A DNA stretch of 63,937 nucleotides, the filler included, from Conidiobolus incongruus B7586 (lineage: Eukaryota), in NCBI GenBank assembly GCA_000697335.1. It is 11 parts of 11 records of this genome, joined end to end, with 100 filler letters (N's around TTAATTAATTAA, not from the genome) between each part and the next. Parts side by side here need not be neighbours in the genome. Positions count along the whole stretch, not along the records: positions 4,303 to 33,053 come from JNEM01006677.1; positions 33,154 to 40,019 come from JNEM01006678.1; 9 more parts are not named here. The stretch is one strand, 5' to 3'. Both the position numbers and the translations under genes were made by a program. How positions within the stretch are numbered: position 1 is the stretch's first letter; every line of letters starts with the position of its first letter. The notes below the pieces were generated by a model. The model did not search any database. It was given only the letters and a program-made list of their open reading frames with translations, and had not been told where the DNA came from. Below are positions 24,994 through 38,847 of the stretch, one piece after another.

Positions 24994-27900
24994 ACTTTTT
25001 TTGGCTAAATTAAATATTTAATTTTAATTGCTTTTTTATCAATTTTTAACTTTTTATATTAATAATTTATAATATAAAATTGAATTAATACTAATTGTGA
25101 ATTACATTTTTATAATTATATTATGAACTGGTTCAAAAAGTAAATTTCCATACTAAAATAAAACACTATTTTATTAATTACAATTGTTTCAATACTATTT
25201 TAGCATAATATATAATAGTCCTGAGTGAGCTAATTATTTATTCACCTTATACAGAATAACTTTTTTTACAAACTTTAATAAGTACCATTATGACTGAATT
25301 AAAGAATTTTAAATTTTACCAGAATTATACAAAGAGTATATATCAAATTATCATACTTAATAAAACATTTTACATAAAATATTCACAAAAACTTATAAAT
25401 ATTAACAAGTGGTAAAGGGTTTCCCAAATTCAGTATTAGAAATACTTTAGTCAACTTAATGTTAAAAAATCTGATATAAAAATTATATCTTGATTAAATT
25501 ATCTTAAATTTATATTTATCTGAAGTAATAATAAAGAAATTAAAAATATTGCAAATATCAACTATATGCATTAGTTTTCTACTAATATCACTTAGATATT
25601 TTAATATTAATTTATTATAATTTTATAAACAATTATTTTGAATTTAATTTAAAATTAAAAAATATCAGAAAAAATATAATTAAAATGAATTTATAATATT
25701 ATGTTCATTTTACTTAAAAAGTTATCTCAATAAATAAGGTATATAACCCAATACAAGATATATTATTGAAATATTAATAAAACTATTTAGGTTGAAAAAT
25801 TAAAACCATTATAATAAATATCAAAGCAAAAATTATATAAAAAATTAATATTATTATTAGGTATAGATATCAATTATATGCTAATTCATCATATTTAATC
25901 TTTATAAATAAATTTTAAATTATAAAAACAAATGTTATTAATTAGAGCAAATGAAATTCAATATAAAATTTTTTATTATATAATGAGAATAATAATATTC
26001 ATATAATTAAAATTTTCAAAATATCACTCATTGAAATAATTTATTTATATTACATTATTAATTATATATTAAAAAGATATAATTTCTTTTTATTTTGAAT
26101 ATTTTTGTAAATTAAATAATTTAATTCAAGTAAAAAGATTTAATATTATTTTAATTTTATATATTAATATTAAGATTGTAATTTTGAATTAACATTATTA
26201 TAAACTATGTAAAGGAGCTGAGTGATTAATATTAATATAAAATTTTAGTTTTAAAAAAAGCAAGATATATTAATTAGTAAATCAGTATTCTTTTTGCTTT
26301 AGTTTCTTTATTTAATCAGAATAAAAATTCAAAATTAATTAATTTATTTATTGAACAAATGTAAAAATCTTTTGTAATTTAATTGTTATATTTATAATCT
26401 AAATATTTTTATTATTTAAAGAGAATAATCACTTAAATAGTAGTGAGGATTTTGATTATTATTTATTTTCTAAGTAATCTTATTATTATCTTAGTAATTA
26501 ATATTTTAAAATTAAACTCTAATCAATATACTATAATTTTAACTTTTTTATTTAAATTTTCTACCAGTTTAATTCTTTCATTGAATTAAAATTATATAAT
26601 TTATATTTTATAAAAGAGGTAGATATAATATCAGATTAATTGATTATTATTCTTCTACTATTTTTAATCCATTTAAATGTACAATTTAATATTTATTATT
26701 TTATGATTAAAAAATATTATTTGTATGATTTTTCTATTATCCAATTTCCTTAATTTTGAATGTAATTACTTTATCCAAACGCACTTAAGTATTGAATTTA
26801 GGAGTAAATGGTGATGAGTATAATATTCCGATAGGTATGTATTTGATAGAATTATCAATTATATGTATATTTAGTCATAAGATCATGATATAAAAACTAA
26901 TAATAATGAATGAATATATCTATAATTTGATATGTTTTTAGAATTCACTTAATTTTCTTATGTTTGGTTAAGAAAAAGATATTTGAAAAAAAATTCAAAG
27001 TGATCTCCTCGCTGAGATTATATTACAACTTAGAATATAGTTTGAATTAAATATATATGATTTTTCTTTAACAATATTATAAGTATATGAAATAATAGTT
27101 GATTTTAATAAATACACCCTTTTGAACTTGATTTAAAATCAAAGTTTATAAACAATCCTTAATTTTTGATGTATTTTTCAAAAATATTACAATAGTATTG
27201 GCTTACTAAAGTTATTATCATAATATTAATATTAAAAGTGTTGATTTCTGATAATATTTTTAATATATCTAATTAATTATAAGAAATAGCTAAAATTAAG
27301 CTGTAGTAATTGATATTCAATTCTACAATGTTTAATATACTGATTTTATTATTAACATCATAAAATATTCATTGAGGGATATATAATTATATTACCTGTA
27401 CTAAAAACTCCAAGGCTTATATCAAACATTTAGTTATGTATTACAATATATTTTGTCTTTATTAGCCTTTAGAGATATCCTGTTTATTAAAACAATTATT
27501 TAAAAAATTCAGTGTTCAAAATGAAATGGATATAGATAATATATTACTCACCGATGAAAGTGTGATAATTATTATTGAAAATTTGATAAAAAATGAAAGT
27601 TTATAAAAATCATACAATTGTGAGAGTTAATCCTTTGGTATTTTTATATTCATTCACTTGATCGTTTAATAAATTTAATTAAAAATTTATTTCAAAAGTT
27701 ACTTCTCAACTTAACATTCAACAAATTTCAAGGACATTGATATACTATAAAATTATATCTTCACTCATTCAAAGAAATTAATATAGTATCTAATTTCATT
27801 TCAAATCATTAATCATATAATACTAATTCCTAAAAATAATTACTAATAGCATAATTGAATTTTGTAGAAATATCGAATTTTATTGATCCAGCCATAATAT

Positions 27901-30048
27901 TCATTTAATTATTTATTCTAAATATGGTTCAATAATATTCATTCTATTGGATAATAAGTTAATACAAAATGTAACAATATTATTTTAATGTTTTTATGAC
28001 CATATTTCTAAATAAGTCGAATATATAGGAGTTGATAGTTATATACTATATATATGATAATATATTTTGTTTTGAATATAATTAGAATAATATTATTTTT
28101 TTAATATTGTTGAAGACTTGTTATTGTTCTATCATCGATTAAATTATTAAACTGTTATCATAGACTTGTAATAGTACACAAAATCATTCTAGAATATTAT
28201 TTTTTATGAAAGTTTCAACCAATTAAATTATAGAATTTTAATTATGTAATTCAAAGCTTGAGATTATTTTAACAGTAAAAAAATACTACTTCAATTCAAA
28301 CAACTAGTTTCACTTGTTTGATTTTGTATCAAAGTTAAAAAGTATTCTCAATTATGTCAACCATTAAATGTATACAAGTATTTATATATATATATTTTTA
28401 TCCAATGTAATTTTTGTTTTAGTGAGTTGTGGTGTTATTTATATGATTATATTTGAGAATTAAATTTAATTTGTAATATTAGATGTGTGAATAAATACTC
28501 GCCTAGTTCAAATAAATATTATATTTCAATAACTATGAATCATTTACAATTTTTTTAAATAATTTTTCATTTTAATCTATAGTTAGGTAAATACATATAA
28601 AATTTGCAACAATTGTCAACAATATGAAATGCTAGTGTTAAAATAGTATAAAGAAAATTAACCGAAATGGTGTTATAGTCTAGTTTAAACCTTAAAAATT
28701 AGGCATTATATTATCATTATTGTATTGGAAAGGCTTATAATTAAAAAAAGAGGGGAATGAGGATAAATCAAGTAAATTGAAGTAATTCATTACATTATTT
28801 TCATAATTTTACTATATAATAATTACGATTTGATGACATCTTTTTTGTCTGAACCATATTTTATTACTAAATTTATAAATAATTAGCATTCAATAAGTAA
28901 ACTCTTTAACAGTAGAAAATTATTAATTATAACCAAATTAACAATAGACTTTAAATTGGAGTTGAAGCTTAAAAGTTTGATTTATTAAAATATATACAAT
29001 TTAGTGAAACATATATTTCGTAAGTTATACTATAAATTCATAAAAAAGATATTATTTATTCCCTTTGAATTTAAAAATATATTGAATTTTAATATCTAAT
29101 TCAATATAAATATCCTTAATTTAATTATTAAACAATACCTCGTTTTATGCTCAAAAAAATTAATTTTGTGATAAATCTCGATGGTGGATCGATTTTGATT
29201 ATAACAGATTATAAAATTATCTAGTAAGACTTTTTGTTTCAATAAACCTTATACACTAAAATATCAAATGATTACTGTCACTGACTAGAAATTAATATCG
29301 TTGTATTGTTTAATTCAATAGTTGGAAAATTATTTGCCATCTATTTGAAAATCTACTTGATTTTTTAACGAATAACTTTTGTAATCATTATAATTAATTA
29401 ATCTACGATATACAAGAACAAAAATATGGTTCAATATTAATCTGGACTTTGAAATTTTCAATAATTTAATCAAATCAAATATTAATAGATATAGAATATT
29501 ATCAAATGATATAACATATATTTTATATCAGATACTTTTCAATAATTATTATGCTAATTAAGGATATAACCAAATAAAGTATATTGCAAATATTTGAACC
29601 CTTAAAATATATCATATATTTGAACAATTCCTTAATATATTTCAGGTCTTCTTTGACTTCAATTTTTTACCGTTAAATATTCATACACTCCTGAAACATT
29701 TTATTGATTATTAATGATTATTTAACTTAAGATTTCTTACAGTATTATCCATTAAATGTAGCATAAATTGCCAAGTTAATTAATTTATTGTGTAAAACAA
29801 TTAAAAAATAACCAAGAGCAGCAAGTATTACCCGGTTATTTTGGTAATATGTTGAAATCATAAATTTTGTTTACAAATATTTAACTTATCAAATTTTAAA
29901 AAGAATTTCCACTTGTAGAAAATTTTGCAGATTTGTCTAAAATAAACTATTCACAAAATTTAATGTCGATCCATGATGTTGGTATAAAATTCTTAAGCAT
30001 AAATTACTTCCCTTCATTTATTAAGAGTGACTTCTTGATAAATGCTAT

Positions 30049-30280
30049 CCAATAAACAGTTTATGTTTGAAAAATGTTATAAACTAGTAATACGTGGGAA
30101 TCAATCAAACATGCTCAAACTGGTTATTAGCTCTATTGATTGGTTGGGTTGGCCAATTGGCAGATAGTCTGTTTTTCTAAAAAATGTTGTGGTTAATAAA
30201 ATTGAAAGTTTCAGTTTATTACAAATTCAAACCCAATCAATCATCCAGTTCAACTTGATTGGCTAGAAACGGAGGGGGGA
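30049..30280. promoter_or_regulatory. Cluster of CCAAT boxes upstream of the LRR gene
   Basis: CCAAT/ATTGG at 30049, 30139, 30153-30160 (palindromic CCAATTGG), 30233 and 30258, plus a G-rich box at 30271-30279, 150-390 bp upstream of the ATG. Confidence 0.4.
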
Positions 30281-30434
30281 TTGCCATTAAAACTTGGAGT
30301 GAAAGGGATTGTTTTGACTTAGAGTATTGAACTACATCATTATGAAGTTATAATTAATTTTTTAGTATAAATATCTCTTTTGCCTAACATAATGCTAAAA
30401 TTTGATTTTCCATATCCTCGAATTTTTCTACAAG

Positions 30435-32081
30435 ATGAATATTTTATCCACCACCAACTTACATTGGTCAGAGAGATCTTCTTTCGAGAAAGTATATCCC
30501 GTTGAGGAGTTCACAAACCCGCAGCATACATCTCATAAGTTTTTGACCAACTTTAATGGAGCGAAGGTGATTACCACTTGTCTACAGAATAGTGCAAGTG
30601 TCAGATGTATAAAGGAGGGATCGTTTCATTTGATATGCGAGAAAGATATTGAAAAATTAAATAAGACTTTCAGTTCTAGCATTTATCAAAGATCTGATAT
30701 TTTTAAAAGTTTAAATTATAACAACTTATGGATTAGCATTCACATGGCTAAGCTATTGAGTAAACTATTAATTGCACAGTCTTTTTCCGTTGAAGTATTG
30801 ACCATAAAACATTGCTTCTTTGAGAAGGGATGCATCAAATACCTTTCACAGGGTCTAACCAAGAGCTTCAGGCTAAAGGAATTGACCATTTCGGAGTGCC
30901 ATCTAGAACTCAAAGATATCAATTATATTTCCCACTCCATAAGCCATTTGAAATACTTGGAACGACTCGATTTAAGCTCCAATTCTATATCCTCTGAGCT
31001 CATTGAAAATCTTCTTAAAGAGCTAAGGCATTCTAAAGTAAGCGAAATAAATCTCTCTGGGAATTTCTCTAAAAGCAACCTTGCCAGGCACATCAGCGAA
31101 ATTTTGAAATCAAATCGAGATATTACCAAACTAAATCTTAGCAGAAACTCGTTAAAGGGGACGGGAGCTGATTTTCTTGCAACATCTCTTATCTTTAACC
31201 ATACTCTGACTTGGGTTAACTTGGAATCAAATGAAATTGGTTCAATGGGATGTGAACGGCTGTGTCTTTGTCTGGAACGAAACTATGGAGTTACCTTTTT
31301 GAACCTAAATCAGAATAGGATTGGTGACCAAGGCATGCTAGCTATCTGTGCATTACTTAAGATTAACCAGACTCTCCGTCATATTGCTCTAGAATTAAAC
31401 AACATTACTTCAGAATCTGGAAGACAGCTTGAATCAGTGCTGCGAATCAACAAAACTTTGTCTACATTAAATTTAAATAACAATAGATTGGGAAATATTG
31501 GAGCTAGTTTTATCGCTGAAGGTTTGAAATCCAATCAGAGCTTGAGGAAATTGACACTACAAGATAATGAGATTGGTATGCGTGGAATTCAAGATATCAT
31601 CAATACCATTATTACTAATTCCACCATGGAAGTGTTGAGTCTAAATCAACATAATTCTTCACTTGAACCTCCAGAAGCAAATCGAAATCTACTAATTAAT
31701 GATCTAGTCAAGAATACCAACCTGAAAGTGCTCAATATCGACTACAACTATGAAGGATGGGAGCGAAAATACTCCTTGATCCAGTCTATTCTGACACGGA
31801 ACTTTATTGCACAACAAAATCAAATGCGCTCAAGTCTCTATATCCTTAAATTTAGTCGAATTCTCTTCTTCAAGCGCAAGCCAATTGCGAAAAACAACGA
31901 ACCCCATTTACCTCGTGATTTACTCTATCAAATACTACTAGCATTTGACCCGTATCGAAATCTAACAATTGATCAATTCCAAAGAATTTTGAAGTTCGCA
32001 TTAGATCCACAAACTCTTAATGAATCAGTAACTAAGATTGATTTCTTAAAATTTGTATTTGAAATGAAATTCGTTGATTGA
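30435..32081 (+). CDS. RNI-like (ribonuclease-inhibitor-type) leucine-rich-repeat protein, 548 aa, single exon
   Basis: First ATG at 30435. About ten 28-aa repeats of the form N.TL..LNL..N.IG..G...L...L (e.g. NKTLSTLNLNNNRLGNIGASFIAEGLKS). Confidence 0.92.
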   Translation: MNILSTTNLHWSERSSFEKVYPVEEFTNPQHTSHKFLTNFNGAKVITTCLQNSASVRCIKEGSFHLICEKDIEKLNKTFSSSIYQRSDIFKSLNYNNLWISIHMAKLLSKLLIAQSFSVEVLTIKHCFFEKGCIKYLSQGLTKSFRLKELTISECHLELKDINYISHSISHLKYLERLDLSSNSISSELIENLLKELRHSKVSEINLSGNFSKSNLARHISEILKSNRDITKLNLSRNSLKGTGADFLATSLIFNHTLTWVNLESNEIGSMGCERLCLCLERNYGVTFLNLNQNRIGDQGMLAICALLKINQTLRHIALELNNITSESGRQLESVLRINKTLSTLNLNNNRLGNIGASFIAEGLKSNQSLRKLTLQDNEIGMRGIQDIINTIITNSTMEVLSLNQHNSSLEPPEANRNLLINDLVKNTNLKVLNIDYNYEGWERKYSLIQSILTRNFIAQQNQMRSSLYILKFSRILFFKRKPIAKNNEPHLPRDLLYQILLAFDPYRNLTIDQFQRILKFALDPQTLNESVTKIDFLKFVFEMKFVD

Positions 32082-33399
32082 ATAGTTTATATATTTGAAT
32101 ATACTTAGTCTACCCAGAAAGTTTTGCCCCAGTTTCACAATGCAAATACAAAAAAGGAAATGTAAATAAACAAAAAGATAAAATAAACAAATGTTATTTT
32201 ATAAATCTTGTCTAAGAATTTTTAACTTTCAAATATATAAGTAAAATCAGATTTTTACAAATGCATTAAATTTTATTTGCAGACTCCTGAAGAATATATA
32301 TTTTTATAGCATTATTTACGTTAATCAATGTGGTATAAAATCAAATATAATATATATATATATAATTAATTGATTTTAATTAAAATAAAGTAATGAATAT
32401 TTGGGAAATAATATTTTTTTATTTTATTCTAAATTTTACAAATAAAATAATTTGAAATGTAGTTAAATTGATATTTATAATAAAACTCAGGGTTGATTAA
32501 ATTATCCAATCATTCATCTGATTCCTTTAAATTGGTAATAGATGATAAGTTAAAATTCAGTTATTGACAATTTTGCAAATTATTAATTTTTTCATTAGTA
32601 ATTTTTATTTTATATATAAATAGAACTGAGATAAAATTAATATATTTAAAACAATGACTAATATTGTATTATATTGATATCTATTATTAATTGCTATATT
32701 TATTATAAAATCAATATTCAATATTATACTCAAATATATTAATTAGAAATAAGAAAATTTAAATTTATAAAATTTATTCATAAAGATATTAAAATAAATC
32801 AAATCATATTGTGAATAATATTTTATAATTTTTAACAAATATGAAAATAATTAACTGTTATAACTTCAATTGAATTACCTTCTATATTATATACAATATA
32901 TAACTTGAAATAAAATTAATATAAAAACCAAATAATAAATTTATAATATACAAAGTATTTATTAAATACAAACTAATATAATATATTATTAATTTAAAAT
33001 ATAAAGCTTTTGATATTATTATAAATAAATAAACATATTATATTCTAAATATTNNNNNNNNNNNNNNNNNNNNNNNNNNNNNNNNNNNNNNNNNNNNTTA
33101 ATTAATTAANNNNNNNNNNNNNNNNNNNNNNNNNNNNNNNNNNNNNNNNNNNNATATAAAATAATATAATAATATAAAATAAATAATTATATTAAATAAT
33201 AGATAAATAATTAAAAATAAAAATAATATATTTAAATTTATAAATGATTATTTGGATGATTATAAATATCATTAATTATATTTACTATATAATAACTCCT
33301 TTTCAAATTATATTCCAATATATTAAATTTAATTTTATATTAACAATGCTTAAATTTTCAAATATTTGTCTTGCAAAAAGAGCAGGAATTGTTATTATA

Positions 33400-35900
33400 A
33401 AAATATTAGGAAAGCTAACTTATTTAATCTATAAAAAGTTTGGAATAGATAAAAGGATTGTTAATTAATTATACTCTAAATCTATTAACAAAGGTTTTGA
33501 CCCATATGAATAACCAATAAATATAGAAGATAAATATTTATTAGATTTACCAAAAAAAGGAAAATTAAAAAAAAAATCACCCTTAGAGTAAAAAAGAAAA
33601 TTATTGAAATCTTTACTAGAAGTTAGAAAAAAAAAGAAAAAGTTATGAAGATATAGCAAATAAAGTAAATTATTATAATATATATATTAGCAAAGAATCA
33701 ATATAAATAGTTTTGAATAAAATAAGGTATTTTAGACAAAAACCAATATAAAAACCTGGTTTAACTCCTCAGATAAGAAAATATAAATTAGAATGATATT
33801 TAAAATATATTTAATAAAATAAAGATTTTTGGAAAAATATATGCTAGCTTGATAAAACATCTATAATAATGAATTTTTATATTATGGGTGAATTAGTTTG
33901 ATAAAAAGCTAATAAAAAATATCATAAATATTATATGAAATAAAAATTCAAAAAACATAGTATTTGCTTTTTTAAGTTGATTTTAATTATTTAAAAAAAA
34001 TTTATGTTATTTTTATGAATATGAAATAATAGCAAAAAACAAAAAAATAAAAATAAATCTTACAAAAATAAATGCTCAATATAAGTCAAAAATAAAACAA
34101 TTATAGGAATAACCATAATATTTAAATAAAAATAATATTACCTTGAATTTAAAATAATGGGAAATTTTTTAATTTTTGATTTTTTAAATATATTATTAGT
34201 TTGAAATAAATAAATATATGAAAACTTAATAGGAAATTATATATATATATATATATATATAATCATTTTTTTATTAAAAAATTAACTTTTTAAAATTGGT
34301 TGTTTAATTTATTTATATTTAAACTAAATAGTAATTATCAAAAGTTTTTTATTTTAGTTTAATAAAACTTAACCATAAATTTTTTAAAATTATTTAAAAT
34401 TTACAAATAGTTTTTGATAATAAAGTATTATCTAAATTAACAATTTATTGCTAGGTAAATTATTTAAAACTTATTAAAATCTAAAAGACTAATTTTAACT
34501 GTTATTTTTTCAATTATTAATAAAATGAAAAAATATATTGAAAAGCACCTTTTTATTTTAGCTAAATAATTATCTAAGCATTTTAATATTAGTCTTATAA
34601 GTATTTTATATATATTAAAATTTAAACTCAAATTAGTAAATACAAGTATAAAATATATATCTGATAATTTAACTAAAGCTTAAAAAAAGTTAGAATAGCT
34701 ATTGTTAAACAAAACTTACTAAAATATCACTAAAAGCTTAAACTTTTATAGCAAATAATTACAATTGATGAATCTTAGATTTTTATGTATAATTCTTTAC
34801 CAAAACACAAATCAAGATGTTAGATTAAGCTAAATCAACCCCCTCTACAAATCCCTTTAAATAAGCATTTTGTTAATAAATAAATATTAATTATTATAAT
34901 AGATTATAATAATTTATACTAGTTTTATTTAGTTCTTAAAGGAAAATCAATTAATAATAAACTTTATATTGCTTTTTTAAATAAAATTATTTATAATTGC
35001 TGTTCTCAATATAAATTGAGAAATCTTTTTATTTTATATGATAATTGTAAAATATATAAATTTAAAGCTATAAAAAACTTTCTAATTAAAAATAATTGGA
35101 AAAAACTACTATATTTAGTATACTCTTTAGATTATAAAACATATAATTATAATTACTTTAGGCAATTAAAAAACCAGCTTACAAAAAAGAAAATTTTTAT
35201 AAAAAAATTTAATTAAATTATGAAATAATAAATTTTAGTCTTTAATAAAAAGAATTGTTTTTTAGATGTTAAATCTTTGTTAAAAATATAAAAAAAGTAA
35301 TTAATAATAAAGGAAACTATAGAATTTATATTATATATTTATTTTGAATCACAAAAAATTCCCATTATTAAAAATACAAGGTAATAATATAAATAGTTTT
35401 AAATCTTTAGAATAGAATTAGGGTGAAGCTATAGAAAAATTAGTTTATAAGGTTAAAAATAATGGAATAAACTAATATAAATATTTTTTAAAAATAATAG
35501 CTCTATTATTTATTCCTTTGGTTAAAAGTTTTGAAAAAAAGAAACCAAATATTATAATAATACATAATAATACAAAACCCCATATCTATCCATTTATTAA
35601 AGAATTACTAAGAAACAACAATATTCAAATGCTTAAATAATGTCCAAACAATCCTAATCTCAATTTTGCTAACTTTGCATAAGCATATATTGAAAAAATA
35701 ATGAAAAAATTACTAAAAAATATAAATAAAACTTAATTTAAAGTTGTTTGGAAAAAAATATGGGATAATATTTCATAACAAAAAAATTAAAAGATGGGTC
35801 CAATAAGCAAGGCAATATATGAAATATATGATCAAACTTGAAGATGATAATAAATATCATAAAGAAGAAAAGAACCTGAAGACTTTGAAATTGATAAATC
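33400..35900 (+). mobile_element. Third Tc1/IS630-like transposase relic (boundaries approximate), split by the mariner at 34138-35384
   Basis: 35480-35870 translates to GIN*YKY...LLFIPLVK...IIHNNTKPH...MLK*CPNNPNLNFANFA*AYIEK...WKKIWDNIS...IKLEDDNKY. This is a decayed GIDWY..., HDNAKPH, WCPNSPDLNP, LEGGNEY pattern of fungal Tc1-like transposases. Weaker N-terminal similarity at 33500-33950. Confidence 0.7.
34138..35384 (+). mobile_element. mariner (DD34D) transposon, subfamily B, 1247 bp with small internal deletions, hypermutated
   Basis: TA TSDs; TIRs TTACCTTGAATTTAAAATAATGGGAAATTTTT ... AAAAAATTCCCATTATTAAAAATACAAGGTAA. Includes ORF-track fragment 35016-35216 (ILYDNC...YSLDY). Confidence 0.92.
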
Positions 35901-38111
35901 TAAAATAAATGATAGCAATGATAATATTGAAATTAATTATAAATTATTAGATAAATTAAACAAACTATGTACAAATATAATTTATATTTTATATTTAGTT
36001 ATTAATAAATATATTTATTAACTATTTATTTAGATTAAATAAAAAATATTATTTAATTACAGAATATCAAAAATAAAAGATCAAAATAATATATAAAGAG
36101 AATATTATTTAATTAGGAAGATATTAGAACTAAAAAATCATATCAAAAGGTTTATAATAAGGAAGATATATTATTAACCCAAGATTCAAATATAAAACCA
36201 TACCTAATATATAATAATAAAATTAATTTAATATCAGATAATGATAATCAAACTAAATTTAAGGATTTTGAAATATATATGGATATAGATCTTATATTAT
36301 TTAATATTATAAATAGAAATCAAATACCTTTTAAATAAAATTAAGATAATTATAAAAATTAATTTATAGGATAATTTAATAATATAAATAAAAAATTAGG
36401 TAATCTAAATGATAATATAATATCAATTAACTTTAAACCTAGTGTTAATATTATTTTTCAATATTATTTAAACTAATGCAATAATACTTTGAATAATAGT
36501 CAAAACCATATACAAATTACAAATACTCATAATTTGCCAATATCAAATTTGAATAAAAATGAATATAAAGATAAAATACCAAATAATAATATAGGAAATG
36601 AGAAGTTTAAAATATTTATAAATTTATTAACAAATTTATTATTTAAAACAAATAAATAGCAAATAAATGATATAGGAATAAATATAACCATACCAGGTAT
36701 TAAAGTTGAAAATATAATCAATGATAAATATAAGCATAACTCTAAAAATTCAAAATAATCTAAAAGTCAGTTATCAAATATACAAAGATATATTAGTTCT
36801 ATTATTTAAAAAAATATTAGAAGAAGATATAAATATCAATATAAAAATCAGAACAAATATACTTTATCTAAACAATATAATACTTAATGGTAAGTTAAAG
36901 ATCAATAATTTATTAAAAATGAATAAATATTTTTATCAAAAAATTAGTTCTTAAAATTCATCTATATTTTTATATAATTTATTTAATTATAAATTATATA
37001 ATTAATTTATTCTTTTAAAACTAAATTATCTGTATAAATGTTATTAAATTATTTAATAAACTAAATTCTTTTTTTGCCTTTGAATTCTTATTATTTTTTA
37101 TCTTTATATATTATTTTTATTATTAAGACTATATTCTATCAGTATTATAATATATTAGCACTATTTAATATAAATCCTAATATATCAATATTGACCCATT
37201 TATTTACAAAGCTTAATTAAACTTTGTTTATATTTAAATCATCTTGCCATATTATTGGTACCATGTTACTGGCTATATTATTTTATATTAAATCTTCCTT
37301 TATATTATATTAGTTTTATTATTATTATATTTATGATTTTATTAGATATAGATAATAATAATAATAATATATATATATATATAATAATATTTAAAATTAT
37401 TATTTATAGTTATGTTTAAAAAGAGTATAAGGGGTATTAAATAAAATATAAAATGGTTTTTTATGATATTATAAATATTATTCATATATTATTAAGTGTA
37501 TCAATTATATTATTAATTTTTTTGATTTTCAAATATAAAATTTATATATGTTATAATATAAATATGAGAAAATATCTTTATATTTTTGATTTATTATATT
37601 ATTTTAAACTTTAATATTATAATAGATTATTAAATAATATTGATACACTAAGTTTGCAATGAAATATTTATTTTTTTAATAAAAATAATTAATATTAAAT
37701 TGATTTGCAAAATATTACAAAATATTAAATTTGGATTATGATATAATGGACAAAAAATATATTATTTATATTTATAATTTAAATTCATAAATAATATGTT
37801 AATATACCATTGTTTATTATTTTAAACTTTTGGTTTCAAAATTCAAAATTTGATTGGATTTTGTTTTGAATTTTTTTGAATTTTTCAAGTGGGGCTGAAT
37901 TTACTAGGTAGACTAAGTATATAAAATAACTAAAAAAATGAAAATAAAATTAATACAATTTGAGTAAAATTAAATAAATTTATTTCCAAATAAAGAAAAA
38001 AATATTGTTTTCAATAAATGGAAAATAAAAAGGTTATTTTAGATTTATTTAATATTGAAATTTTATATTAAGAACTCTATTTTGTTTATATGTTATTTGA
38101 AATTTGAATTA

Positions 38112-38183
38112 AGCAGCGTAGCGCAGAGGAAGCGCGCGGGGCTCATAACCCCGAGGTCGGAGGATCGAAACCTCTCGCTGCTA
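38112..38183 (+). tRNA. Initiator tRNA-Met (anticodon CAT)
   Basis: 72-nt cloverleaf AGCAGCG...CGCTGCT-A with A1:U72, three consecutive G-C pairs at the bottom of the anticodon stem, loop CTCATAA, T-loop ATCGAAA (A54/A60, eukaryotic initiator). T7 Pol III terminator at 38192-38198. Confidence 0.97.
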
Positions 38184-38847
38184 ATTTCGACTTTTTTTAA
38201 TTTTAACTATTCAAATTTAAATTTAATTATTATTAATTTATATAATCATGTTATTTATTAAAAATATACCATCTCCAAATAATGATATAAAATTATATAT
38301 CATAATTTTAATAAATTTAAATAAATTAATTATCAATTAATAATTTTTCGCAAATGATTTTTGATAATCAAATATTTAATTGCTTCTATTACTAAAGATA
38401 AAATTTTAATATAAAGTTCAACATATTAAAGTTAAGCTTTGGGATAATAACCAAAGCAGGATACCTTTATAACTTACAAATACTTCAATTAACCTTCTAT
38501 TATTGATATTAACACTACTAAACTTACGTTTAATTTGTAGATTTATATTAAAAATAAATTTTAATATAATAAAAACAATCTTTTTTCAATATTTAGCTAA
38601 TTAAATAATAAATCAATATTTGAATAATAAATATCAATTCTATATAAATTTAATTGGAAATTATTATACTAAAAATCTATAAATAATATAATTTATTATT
38701 TAATAAAATCTATTTCCAGTTCAATATAATTATATAAATATTTTTAACTTGATATCAATAATAACTAATTAAGTTCTATGTATAATATTATTTAATGAAA
38801 AAGCATAATAGATTGGTATCGCTATAAAAGTTTTATTATAAACTTTT

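Noticed and set aside
38055..38261. 68-aa ORF
   Set aside because: It spans the tRNA-iMet gene and is spurious.
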